The notes under the pieces: model-generated
The model's database searches: none
Told to the model about the DNA's origin: nothing
The model's input: only the letters and a program-made list of their open reading frames with translations
NCBI RefSeq assembly: GCF_004010195.1
Contig: NC_057718.1
Coordinates: 36,806,600-36,870,599, forward strand
Reading direction: 5' to 3'
DNA from: Chiloscyllium plagiosum
Taxonomy: Eukaryota
DNA: 64,000 nucleotides
Program-made: the position numbers and the translations under genes
Shown here: positions 12,507-25,200 of the stretch, piece by piece
Position numbering within the stretch: position 1 is the stretch's first letter
Layout: every line of letters starts with the position of its first letter

Positions 12507-13690
12507 AGAGACAAAGAAAGTGCAAATGCTGGAATCCAGAGTAGACAGGCAGGGGGCTGGAAGAACACAGCCAGGGAACATCAGGAGGTGGAGAAGTCAA
12601 CATTTTGGGTGTAACCTTTCTTCAGGAATAGAGGTGGGTGTCGGGGGAGCTGCAGATAAAGGGGGAAGCCAAGGCAGGATGGTGAAGTGGGGATAGATGA
12701 ACACAGGGAGTAGTGGAAGGGAGAAGGAGGAGCTGGTAAGGGAGCTAGGGGATGGGAAGGGAGGTTATTTGAAATTGCAGAACTCAATATTAAGTTCTCC
12801 AGGCTGTAGGATGCCCAGGCGGAAGTTAACGTGCTGTTCCTTCAACAGGATCTGTGGTTTGTTTTGGCAATGGAGGAGGCATAGGATGGTCATGTTGGAA
12901 AGGGAGTAGTTGGGGGAATTGAAATGAGTGGTGACTGCGAGGTCCGGTCGGCTCCTGCGGATCCGGCTGCAATGCTGGGTGAACCATTCCCTAAGTTTAC
13001 GCTTGATCTCCCCGATGTAGAGAAGACCACACTGGGCGCACCTGATGCAGTAAACTAGGTTGGAAGAGAGGCAGGTGAACCTCTGTCTCATCTAGAAGGA
13101 CTGTTTGGGCCCTGGATGGAAGTGACGAGGGTCATGTACCGGCACAGTTGCAGGAAAAGGTACCTTGGGGTTTGGTGGCAGGGGTGGTGTGAACCAAGGA
13201 CTAACAGAGGGATCGGTCATAGAGTCATAAAGTCATCAGACCCTTCAGTCCAACATGTCCATGCCGACCAGATATCTTAACTTAATCTAGTCCCACCTGC
13301 CAGCCTTGTGAAAGGCAGAGAAGACTGGGGAGCGGAAGATGTTCTTGGTAATGATGCCTATTTGGAGTTGGCGGAAGTGTTTGAGGATGATGCGTTGGAT
13401 ACGGAGACTGGTGGGACGGTAGGTGAGGACAAGGGGGACTCTGTCTTTATTACATTGGGGGTGTGGTTTAGAGCTGTGAAGTGGGGAATGGACTTGGTGG
13501 GGCGGAATGCTGTCTGGATGACAGAGGGAGGAAAAGCACATTATTCAAAATAGGTGGACATTTGGGATGCTCGTGAGTGGCATGTATCCTCATCCGAGCA
13601 AATGCGGCAGAGGTGGAGGAATTGGGAGAATGCGATGGAGTTCTTGAAGGATACTGGGTGGGAAGAAGTGTAGTCCAGATAGTTATGAGA
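12507..13690 (-). mobile_element. Second PLE family, degenerate (RT C-terminus, GIY-YIG, pLTR), with a short CR1 tail inserted at ~13218-13304
   Basis: ORF 12765..13091 FTCLSSNLVYCIRCAQCGLLYIGEIKRKLREWF...LGILQPGELN; ORF 13287..13541 DRVPLVLTYRP. Confidence 0.9.
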
Positions 13691-14097
13691 GTCTGTAGGT
13701 CTGTAGTAGATGTCTGTATGTCACATGGTCCATGCGTCGTACCACAGATTGACACGCTCAGTTACCCATACAGGCTGCAAACATACAGGCAGGTGTAGAA
13801 TTTTAAAAGAATTAATGTCAAAGAAAAAAGAGAACAGCTGAAGCAAAGTAAATGGAACTGGGATTGTTCAATAACACTTTAGAAAGGAATGGAAACAGAT
13901 GGTTGGGAGGTCAGTGTTTAGTCTGGACCAGCAGCTGTGCCACAAGATGTCAAGTGAGCTAATAGAGGTGTCAAGGTCAGTGCGTTCACCACACACAAAA
14001 GAAGGGAGCAGAACAGAACTGTTGGGATACAAAGATACCTCCATATCCTGCACAGGCTATGGTATCCTGTGTTGCTGAGAATATTGAATATGATTTT

Positions 14098-14202
14098 ATA
14101 GGGAGAATGTGCAAACTACACACGGACAGTCATCCAAGGCTGGGATCAAACCCGGGCCCCTGGTGCTGTGAGGCAGAATGCTAACCCCTGAGCCACCGTG
14201 CC
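14098..14202 (-). mobile_element. HE1-type V-SINE head fragment
   Basis: Matches 29650-29758; tRNA-like head ggcacggtggctcag...ggtttgatcc on the minus strand. Confidence 0.8.
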
Positions 14203-14929
14203 AATGAGTCACAGGCTGTAGCCAGGTCAGGAGGAAATGATCATTTTTGTGGCAGCTCTCTGAAGGATGAGGTCATGAGATAAGATCTTCTGCAGAAGAC
14301 TCAAAGGAAGAATTTAATGGATTGGCATACAAGAGGATGCTAATGAGGTTACACTCTGAAATGCTGGGTGGATTTAATGGTCAGGAAGCCTTCTCCTTTG
14401 GTCCAGGAGCATGGAAGACTCTGCTGCAAACCTGCACAGAGACCATTGCAGAGTCTCCTCTCCCTAGAGCATCTATTCCATCTCTCTGTTGTGTCATGGA
14501 CACAGAGGCACAGCCACTGCTGCCTCCTACCTGTTACCACAAGTCAGCAGATGGTCAGATCTCCAAGGGAGAGTGTATCTGCATTTCAGAATCACAGAAT
14601 CAGAATCACAGAATTGCCACTGTACAGAAGGACATTATTCAGTCCATCATACCTGCACTAGTTCTGTTCCCTAGTTCCAATCCACTGCCCTTTCCGCATA
14701 TCCCTTCACCTCATTTCTGTCACATAATTATCTAATGACCTCCAACAACTCACCGCAACATGTTGTTAAAAATTTATGGGCATAAGAATAACTAGTTGGA
14801 AAAAACCCATCTGGTTCGCTAATATCTTTTAGGGAAGGAAACTTTCTTTCTTACCTGGTATGGACTCCATATCCACAGCAATAATGCTTAACTGCAATGA
14901 ATGCTGGTGTGAATGAAGAATAAAAAAAC

Positions 14930-16068
14930 TCTGCAGGAGTTGTTCAGAGTAGTGTCTTGTCCCAACCGTTACCAGTTGCTTCACCATAACCCCTTTCATC
15001 ACAAAGTCAGGAATAAAGTTGTTAGCTGATTAAAGCACAATGTTCACCACCATTCATGACATCTCAGATAATGAAGCAGCCTATATCCATAAGCAATAGC
15101 ACCAATGGTTGTTGGAGGTCAGTCATTCAGCTCCAGGAGTTTCTCAGGGTAGTGTCCTAGGCCCAAACATCTTCAGCTGCTTCATCAATTACCTCCCCTC
15201 CATCATAAGGTCAGAAGTGGGGATGTTCGCTAATGACTATGCAATATTCGGCACCGTCCACAACTCCTCAGACACTGAAACAGTCCATGTCTAAATGTAA
15301 CAAGATCTGGACAAAATTCAGGCTTGGACTGACAAGTAGCAAGTAACATTCATGCCATACAAATGCCAGGGAATGACCATTTCCAATAAGAGACAATCTG
15401 ACCACTGTCCCTTAACATTCAATGGCAATACCATCACTGAATTCCCCCACTATCCACATCCTGGGGATTACCATTAGTCAGAAAGTCAACTGAAAAACAA
15501 TGGCTACAAGAGCAGATCAGAGGCTAGGAATACTCACCTCCTAACTTGACAAAGCTTGTGCAAAACCTACAAAGCACACGTCCTGTGAGTGATGGAATAT
15601 TCCCCACTTGAGTGGATGGGTGCAGCTCTAGCAACTCTCAAAAATCTCAGCAACCCATTCAGGATAAAGCAGCCCACAAGATTGGTATCACGCCCACAAG
15701 CATCCACTTCTTGCCCACCGGTGGTCAGTCTCAGCAAATGCATACAATCCACAAAAGTCGCTGCAGAAGTTCACTAAGACTCCTTCGACAGCATCTTCCA
15801 ATTCCATCTTGAAGGACAAGAGCAACAGGTATATCACCAGCAAGCTCCTATCTAAGCTAGTCAACATCCTGACATTGCTGTTGCTTCACTGTCACTGCGT
15901 CAAAATCCTGGAATTCCCTCCCTAAAAGCATTGTGAGTCCACCCACAACACCTGGATTGCAACGGTTCAAGAAGGCAACTCACCTCTACCTTCTCAAGAC
16001 CAACTATAGATGAGCAATAAATGCTGACACAGCCAGCAATGCCCATGTCCCACAGGTGAATAAAAATA
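14930..16068 (+). mobile_element. CR1/L2-group LINE 3' part, with a short repeated RT segment in front
   Basis: GVSQGSVLGPNIFSCFINYLPSIIRSEVGMFAND; tail gcaataaatgctg...gaataaaaa. Segment 14930-15100 repeats 15130-15300. Confidence 0.8.
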
Positions 16069-16336
16069 CCTCAAATATCCTCTACTTTAAATAAGAAATG
16101 CTATAGGGCACTAATCAGATCATTAGCTAATTTGGTGGTTTCATCTAGGATTGCAATAAAACTGAGTGTCATCTATTCACTGCTTCTTGATATTTTTTTT
16201 TCAATCTTGACAACAATCTGCACTCTAGGACTTAGCCTTTAAATAAGTTTCTTTTAAATTTTACAGAAATATTTTGAGCCTACATATACCTATTTCAGGT
16301 GACAACAATGGTACAGGTTTGGTGAAATGGTTTGGT

Positions 16337-16792
16337 GAGCACGGTGGCTACATAATTAGCACTGCTGCTTCACAGCTCCAGGGATCCAGGTTGGATTCCA
16401 GCTTGGGCACCTGTCTGTGTGGAGTTTGTACATTCTTACCATGTCTGCATGGGTGCTCTGGTCTCTTTCCACATTCCAAAGATGCGCAGGTTAGGTGGAT
16501 TCCTGATCAAGGCCTTTTGCCCAAAATGTCGATGTTCCTGCTCCTCGGATTGTGCCTGACCTGCTTTGCTTTTCCAGCACCACTCTAATCTAGACTGGGT
16601 TAGGTGGATTGCCAATGCTAAATTGTCTCCTAGTATCCAGGGATGTGCAGGTTAGGTGGACCAGCTATGGTAAATGTGTGTTTACAGGGATAGGGTAGGG
16701 GGCTTAGGCCTGGATGGGATGCTCTTCGGAGAGTCGGTGCAGACATGATGGGCCAAATGACCTCTTTCAGCATTGTAGGGATTCTACGATTC
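16337..16792 (+). mobile_element. HE1-type V-SINE (tRNA head, V core, CR1-like tail), interrupted by a PLE mini-insert
   Basis: gcacggtggct...ctgtgtggagtttg...aaagatgcgcaggttaggtggatt core; tail gggccaaatgacctc...gattctacgattc. Confidence 0.85.
16502..16597 (+). mobile_element. 96-bp PLE pLTR-only insertion with 13-bp TSD
   Basis: TSD GGTTAGGTGGATT at 16489-16501 and 16598-16610; insert begins at the degenerate hammerhead motif (cctgatcaagg...cccaaaatgtc). Confidence 0.88.
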
Positions 16793-18736
16793 CATCTCAG
16801 TCAGGGATTCCCTTCAGTGTACAGGCTCATTAAGAAAGATACCTCTTGGAAAAGCCAATGGGTAATGAACTTTACATGTCTCTCCAAACCTTCACTGAGT
16901 CCTTGCTAATACTTGGCAAAGACTTGGAGAAATCTGTTTTGTGCGTTTTCAGCAGGCTGCTGATGAGGAAGAAAAACAAAGACTTTCCTAAAAGGTAGGA
17001 AAAATATTTCATAATTCCCTTGCCGAAAGAAAAAACATCTGGGAGAATATTTTATATGGAAATTATTCTTGTGACAATAAAATCTTCCCTCAAAAATGTC
17101 AGTTAAAAAATGAATCAGAAACAACTGAGAACTTTATAGATGAGTAACTATAGATTCACGTCTTCTAATGAAAATCTTTTTAGGACGAAGAAAAGGTGGT
17201 TGTTAAATTCAAATGAATGCTTATGACACTATTATGAGTGAGGTTTGGGGCTTCTAGAGCCAACCAGACAGGCCCAAAAATTGGGGTAGGATTGTCTTTT
17301 GGTAGAGGTAGCATCATTACTACACCGATAGCCTTTGCTGTCAAGGACCCCTCAATGAGGCAAAAGGTGTCCAGAAAGGATGTCACATCCCAGGAGTCCA
17401 CTTGATAACTATCAGGTTTCACTTCTCATGTGGTTACCTGGCCAACCCCAACCCACGGCAAAATGCCTGCGGAGACCAGATGTGGCCCTTAATCGGTATT
17501 TAAATGGCACAACTGAGCACCAGAGGGGTGGCTCCCTGCCATCTTTCCTGCTGCTGACATAAGTGGGAAACAGGAAGATGTTGGGTACATTACCTGATAT
17601 TTCCCCATTTCATTTGGTCAGCCTTCCCGCATCTTAGCATGTGTCCACAGGTCTGGGAAATTCCCCCTTCAGTGCATATCAGCACAGCCTGCTGACATCT
17701 CTCCTTCTCAGGACTTAAGCTATATTCTCCCTGAGTTTTCTCATTCAGTGCAAGTCTGAGGGCTCTGATTTGTAACCCTTGATCCTGGGAGAACAACAGC
17801 AACAACAACACTCAATTAGGTTCTGGAATGAGTGCTGAGGTATTGGTGGACTCTCTGAATTTTATGTCCCACAAGGTGTAAGTGGCATAATTATTTTCTA
17901 TTGTTAGAATATTTTTCCTTGTTCTTTCAGCAACCGTGTCTATGATTACTTATTTAAAAGTCATTTATGACTCACATAACTGTAACCAGGTTCAGTGAGT
18001 TTAACTGATTCAAATAACAGCAAGTTACCAGATATTTTGAAGGAATCTCTTCTATGATTTCAATCTATATTTTTCTTTGACTACTTTTATCAAGTACAAG
18101 AATAAGAACTTAAATATTAAAACACCCTCCTGTGCCTTCCATATATATGATTTTTAAACTTGATTTGCTTGGCAGACCTACAACCTGTTCGTTTTAATCC
18201 AAGTCATTTTTAATCGGGCCACAACTGAGGGAGTTTGCAATGGAGGAGTCTTCTAAGCTGTAGCATATTCCTCAAAATAAAACCCTGCATGACTGCGTGT
18301 AAAAATCAAAATTTTTCTTGTCATTCATTTCAGAAATTATTTTGTTTTGGAAATTTACAGCAGTATTTGCCTTTTCTCAGGTTAGTGTGGAATACAGACC
18401 AGAGAGCATGTCCGCACAATGTAAGGTGATATGTCCTGATTACAGGTACAGCCTGTGTATTATTTTTCTCTGCTTGCCAGATGTCTTCTAGTTTTTTTAT
18501 CCACATTTTTGTGGTGGGTTGTACCAGAGTTAAGGAATGTATCTTTCTGCATTTCTTGCTTGAAATGAACTCTGAGCAAGCCTGCAAATGATGATGAGAA
18601 TTCTTAACCTGCTGAGTAAAGGCCAAACAGGCACAGGGTTGAGTCATTGTGATATTTTAAAGCTGAACATTATTTGTATGATATTTAAAACATTTGTTCA
18701 GAGCCAGGCTATGTGTTTGAGGATACCCATTTGCAG

Positions 18737-18943
18737 TTGAGAGTCTGGTGCTAGAAAAGCACAGCAGGTCAGGCAGCATCCGAGAAGCACGAGAATCAAC
18801 GCTTCGGGCATCTGTCCTTCATCAGACAATTCCCAAAACATCAATTTTCCTGCTCCTCGGATGCTGCCTGGCCTGCTGTTATTTTCCAGCACCACACTCT
18901 CGACTCTGATCTCCAGCATCTGCAGTCCTCACTTTGTCTAGTT
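18737..18943 (+). mobile_element. Fold-back (hairpin) PLE pLTR mini-element with 15-bp TSD
   Basis: Inverted pLTR followed by forward pLTR. TSD GATACCCATTTGCAG at 18722-18736 and 18944-18958. Confidence 0.9.
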
Positions 18944-19436
18944 GATACCCATTTGCAGCCAATGGAGGACTTGCAGCATTGTGGTTGTATCTGTGCCTCT
19001 CCACCAGAAGCTCTGCTTTCAAGACCCACCTCAGAGTTTGATGGTGATGGTAAGTTTTTATAACACATCCAAACAGGATGATAATCATTTAGTAAAATCC
19101 TTTTACTATATAAAAGGCTGGGATTAAGAATGGAAGAGTTCCCTGGTCAGCCAGAACTGAATAGCAGTGATACAGCAGACTCCAAGTACAGGTTCTTGCC
19201 ATGAATAAGCACCATCCTCATTCCCAGGGACTGTCAGACACTCTAGCTGCCAGTACTTGTCTGAAGAGACCTTTTGAAAATTCTTGAGTTTCTGTGTGAT
19301 AAGTTATTTCAATTAATGAATTTGAACTATCTATTCCAGGTAGAGGATCAGCAATTATATAATCAAATGAAGGAACAAGCTCAAGAAGTTAAATGACAAA
19401 CTTTGTACTTCTGTGCATGAATTCCTATGTTATTAT

Positions 19437-21795
19437 TGTTAGGACATGGGGTAAACCCCTCTGCTAATTTAAACTAGCAACACGGATAAGATTCACCCCG
19501 TGCTGTAATCTGTTAAAATTCAAGAGGCAAAGAACTATCCTAAAAATCACTATTTTAAAGTAAAAATTGACAACGTTTTTTAAGTCTAACAGAGAATACT
19601 AACTAACAACTATTTACAACTCCTTTCTCTTAAACCTATCATTACCTTCCCCCCTACAATTCTATTTTGATAACAAAATCCCACTTATGATTTACAGAAA
19701 AATAATCACGTTTCAAAACCAGTCAGCTTTGCTGCATTTCCTCTGTAGATTTTCCTCTGTAGATTCTCTCGCCAGGTCAGTTCCAATTTTTTTTCTGTGC
19801 AAACTTCATCTCCAGACAAGTACCTCTCAGCGAGCTCTTACTAGCGGCCCACATCTATTGGTGTTTTGGCAGCTCTATTTGCCGCTCTGCCTAACTGTTC
19901 AAAATGCCTGATATTTATACCCCAAAACATCAGATCGTTTCATTGGTTTTAATATTATCAAAATACTAAATGCCAACTTGATTGGAGTATGGTATCTTGG
20001 GGCATAATTTAAACTGATTGGCCGAATTTGAATTTGTTTTTGTTTCATGGCAACCCATCTACTCTAGCTGTTTCAACCAAATGTTACATTGTTACTTTGG
20101 TCCAGACTCTCTGTGCTTCTCTAAGTCCTTGCTATCTCTTAAAGGTACAATACACCTACACCTTCATAACATCTCCCCCTTAAGAAAAAAATGAGCCACC
20201 ATAATGAAAAGATGGCTTATTTTTTTTCCTTCTAATCCTGAACTATGATATCATGACATACATAAAGATAGCTTTAATCTAAGTTCATATTAACTTCCTC
20301 ACACCTATATATAAAACATTGAACAGGTGTATCTTATCGACACCTTATCAGTTAAATCCGTGATAATGCATCTGTGATTACATTCTTATAACCCACAACA
20401 TGCATAATATGTCAATTGAAAATCTGTAACACAAGACTCCAACAAGGTAGTCTCATATTCTTGTCTTTAACGCAGTATAAGGATGTAAGAGGATTGTGAT
20501 CCGTGTACACAACCGTATCCAACACATTGTTCGTGACATACATATTAAAATGTTGTAAGGCCAGTACCAAACCCAATTGTTCTTTTTCAATCGTGGAGTA
20601 TTTTCTCTGGTGGATATTGAGTTTCTTCAAAAAGTATTCAAATGGCAGTTCAATCCCATCATCACCTTTCTGTAGCAGTACAGCTCCAACTCCTATGTCA
20701 CTAGCATCGATGGCAACTTTAAAAGGTTTTGAAAAGTTTGGAGTAGTTAGAACTGGTGCGATGGTTAATATTGCTTTCAAATGATCAAATGCCTCCTGGC
20801 ATTGTTCTGTCCATTGAAATTTTGTGTTCTTCTTCAGCAAATTGTTTTATAGTGCCACTACACTGCTGAAGGTTATAACAAACGTCTGATAGAATCCACT
20901 GAATCCTAAAAATCGAAGCACCTCTTTCTTTGAGGTTGGTCATGGAAATCCTCAATGGCCTTTGTCTTTGCATTACATGGGATCAACCTTCCATGACTGA
21001 TGTTATATCCCAAGAACGTCATTCTGCTTTCGCGAATTCAGTTTTGTTTAAGTTTATTACCAGTTTTGCCTCTTGCAGTCGTTCAAAGAGCTCTGCTAAC
21101 TGTGCCATGTGATCTTTCCAGGACTTACTAAAGATCACTACATCATCCAAATAGACTGTACAGTTTGTTAACCCAGCCACAACTCTGTTCATAGGTTTTT
21201 GGAATGTGGCAGGTGTGTTCTTTATTCCAAAGGGCATAACTTTAAATTGACGGAGCCCATTAGGGGTTACAAATGCGGAAATTTATTTCACCATCTCTGA
21301 TAAAGGACCTGCCAATAATCACGCAGTCAGTCTAACTTGGTGATGTAACTGGCTTGTCCAACTTTCTTGATACAAACTTCCAATCTCGGAATTGGATATG
21401 AGTCTGATTTTATAACGGCATTGACCTTCTGACTTTCATGCTAAATCATTGAGTCCCGTCCGGTTTGGGAACTAAGACAATTGGTAAACACCACTCTGGC
21501 TCAGTTCGATGATGTCAGATATTTATATCCCAAAACATCGGATCATTTCATTGGTTTGAATATTATCAAAATACTAAATTCAACTTGATTGGTATTTGGT
21601 ATTTTGGGGCTTAACTTAAACTGATTGGTTGAATTTAAATTTGTTTTTGTCTCATGGCTACCCAGCTACCCTAGCTGTTTCGACCAAATATTACATTGTT
21701 ACTTTGTTCCAGAATCTCTGTGCTTCTCTAAGTCTTTGCTAGCTTTTCAACTCTCTTAAAGGTACAAAACACCTGTACACTACACCTTCAGAACA
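19437..21795 (-). mobile_element. Gypsy LTR retrotransposon (Gmr1-type), internally deleted: complete 3' LTR 19437-20171, RNase H and RT remnants, partial 5' LTR ~21518-21795
   Basis: TGTT...AACA termini; PPT tctccccct at 20172-20180; MPFGIKNTPATFQ, YLDD, DASDIGVGAVL, YSTIEKE and TDHNPL motifs; 21518-21795 repeats 19910-20171. Confidence 0.92.
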
Positions 21796-22226
21796 ATATT
21801 GTTTCCCTACAATTACATGCGCAGGTTTCATAGGACTTAACTTCCTGATGTAACTAAAACTTTCAGTGTGAAATGTAATTGTCACCCCACTCACAAATGG
21901 CTTATGACAACCTGTTTACTCACTGAGTTCCTCATTTTTCCTCTATACCTCTGTTTGTTTGCTATATTTATGCTAACCAGGATATCAAAACCCTATGTAA
22001 ATAATTTTACTCACTGCTTTTGAGCAGTGCTTTTTCAGAACTATGTATCCGTTTTTAAAAAGGCTCATGTCCTCTCCTGACCACAAATTATACAATAGAA
22101 TTTGTTCTACAATGCAGATGCTTGTGTTTAAAATACAAATGTGTAAAACACGCTTCATTATTTCCGACACTGTAATCATTTTAGATCTATTCTTTCACTT
22201 TTTCTTACAGAGTCATAGAGTCATAG

Positions 22227-25200
22227 TGTTATGGACCAGGCCAGAGCCCCTCAAAACATTTCAGGAAAGTAGCCCGGACCCTAACTTTGCCAGTGTATAG
22301 TGGATATTCTGGGAGAGATGCAGCTGGCCCAGTTAGTTTTAAACAAAATGGAATTTACTTGCAAGATTACCGAATGAAACACTGAGAAACACAAAGAGAA
22401 CAGGATGTAGAATAACTTAACCAATACAAAAACCCAACAGACTATCCCAACTTAATGATACCGTTCCAAATTCCTGCAACAATTGCCATAAACCAATGTT
22501 GGCAAAAAGAAGTAAACACAGGGTCTTACAGGAGAGATGTCAGAGAGAGTGAGGATCAGCATGGATCTGCTTCTTTGGGCCTAGCAGCTTCACAAGTGAC
22601 TACTTGCTAAAACCAGACCAAAGTGAACTAAATCAGAGAAAAGCTGAGCTGGGAGAACTGGCTACTCCCCTTTCATTGTACAAGTGTTTTTTTTTAAACT
22701 TCAAAGTCTTTTGCCTGAGGCAGTATCTGATTGGCTCTAAAACCCATCCAGGCCAGACCCTCAGCAACTCTACGTTTATGACACCTCTGAAAAAAAACGT
22801 AAACTTCTTAAGGGAGCAGCATCATCACACCTCCCCCTTTAAAAGATGGCTTCATTTTAAAACTCCTTAATTCTAAATTGTTAGTATACTACAACCCCCA
22901 TATACATTACATGACTATAAACATGCAAACATGTCCTACTACATTTTGTTCCAACCTGTTTCACTCCTGCCACCGAACGCCTCCGTTTCTCATTCAAGTC
23001 TTGACAATGCATTGACAATCATGTCCTACCACATGCACAATTTTCAAATTGAATGGCTATAACAACAAGCTCCACCTAAGCAGTCTGGACTTTTTGTCCT
23101 TAAATTTCTCCACAAACTTCAATGGGCTATGATCAGTGTGTATGATTTTCACAGATACAGTACTGGTAACATAAACATAGAAATGTTGTTACGCCAGCAC
23201 CAAGCTCAAAGACTCCTTCTCAACTGTTGACTATTTGTGCTGATGAGTATTCAATTTTCTGAAGAAATACCTGATACGTCTTTCTATTTTCTCATCGTCT
23301 TCTTGTAAGAGCACAGCACCAACACCCACATCACTCGCATCGATAGCCACTTTAAATAACTCTGTTTAATTAGGTATGGCTAATACTGGGGCAGTGGTTA
23401 ACACAGCTTTCAGGCTGTAAAATGCCTTCTGACAGTCCACTGTCCACTAAAACTTTTTGCCTTTCTTTAGCAATTCAGTGAGTGCGACAGCCACACTGCT
23501 AAAGTTTGGTACAAATTTTTGATAAAATCTATTCAATTCCAGTAGTACTGCTTTTTTTGTCGATGGTATGGGAAATGCCCAAATTACTTTTGTTTTCGCA
23601 TTCATCCATGTCCAATAACATGGCCCAGGAAGGTGACTTGGACTTTGGCAAATTCACTTTTAGCCAGGTTTATCACCAAACCTGCGTACTGAAGTTGATT
23701 GAACAATTCTGTTGCAGATGTTCTTTCCATGTGTGACTAAAAATCATCAGGTTATCATTATAAACTACACAATTGGGTAATCAGGGAATGACCTTATTGG
23801 TTAGTCTCTGAAACGTGGCCAGCGCATTTTTCATAGCAAATGGCATGACTTTAAACTGATACAGTCCATTTGGCATTACGAAAGCCAAGATTGTCTTCGG
23901 TCTTTTGGACAAAGGTACTTGCCAGTATCCTCTGAGCAAATCCAACTTAGAAATATAAGTTGCTTGTCCCACCTTCTCAACTGTCTTTCAAAAGCAGAAT
24001 AAGATATGTGTCAGTCTTTGTAACTGCATTGACTTTGCATTGTCTACACATAACTGTTGCATACCATCCGGTTTTGGCACCATTACTATGGGTGACCTCC
24101 AGCCACTGTAACTCAGTTCCAGTATGTCATCTTGGAGCATGCGTCCAATCTCCTTTTGAACCTGTGCGAACCTTAGAGAGCTTTGCCTATAATTGCTTAA
24201 TCACAACAGCATCTTCTATATCTACATCATGCATAATTAGGTTAGTACTTCCCAGCTTATTTCCACATATCTCCCCATGTGATAGTAATAACTCTTTCAG
24301 GTCATTTCAATTTTCCTCTGGAAGGTAACTCAATAATTTATCCCAATTTTTGACAACGTCCTCATTGTCCAATCTAATTTGAGGAATGTCTAATTCAGAA
24401 TCCTCTGAACTTGTTTCTTCACCTGTGTTGTAACCAATATCACAGTCTCCTTTTGCTTTCCTTCCCTGTCAAAATACCTTTTGAGCATATTTACATGACA
24501 CTGTGAGATTTTTCTGTCTGGAGCCCTTATCAAATAGTTCACTCGCTTAACTTCCTTTCGACTTGATAAGATCCACTAAACCTTGCTTTTAAAGGTTCAC
24601 CTATTACTGGAAGTAACACAAACACCTAATCCCCGATAGCAAAATTGTGAATTTTTGATTTCTTGTTTGCTTCCTGTTTCACTGTATTCTGTGATACTTT
24701 TAAATGCTGAGAGTGTGTGGTGCTGGAAAAGCACAGCAGGTCATGCAGCATCTGAAGAGCAGGTGAATTGATATTTCGGGCATCTTTTCTAGCACCACAC
24801 CCTCTCAACTCTGATCTCCAGCATCTGCAGTCCTCACTTTCTCCTACTTTGAAATGCTTTCTAGCCAACTCCCTTGCTCTATTTAATCATTGCCTAAAAT
24901 TTGACAGTGTCCAAATATGTTGTTTTTGAAGTCTGACATACCAATTTCTCCTTAATCAACTTGAGGAGTCCTCTCACTTCATTGCCCAAAAGGTACTTCA
25001 AGTGGACTGAATTTGATCGATTCATTTGGTGCATCTCTGATCACAATAAGGACAAACGAAATTCCCTTGTCCCAATCATCCGGATAGTCTTGGCTATAAG
25101 CCCTCAACATGGTCTTTAATGCCTGATGCCACCTTTCTGGCGGTCTCTGTGACTCTGGATGGCACACAGTGGATTTGAATTGTTTTATTCCTAAGCTCTC

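Noticed and set aside
17240..17675. GC-richer patches (also ~41860-42295, ~53550-53950, ~60510-60800) as Harbinger-type MITEs
   Set aside because: Suggestive composition only; TIRs and TSDs could not be established by eye.
18170..18290. Possible exon after ttggcag
   Set aside because: The frames I checked close quickly or give no recognisable peptide, and I found no donor site.
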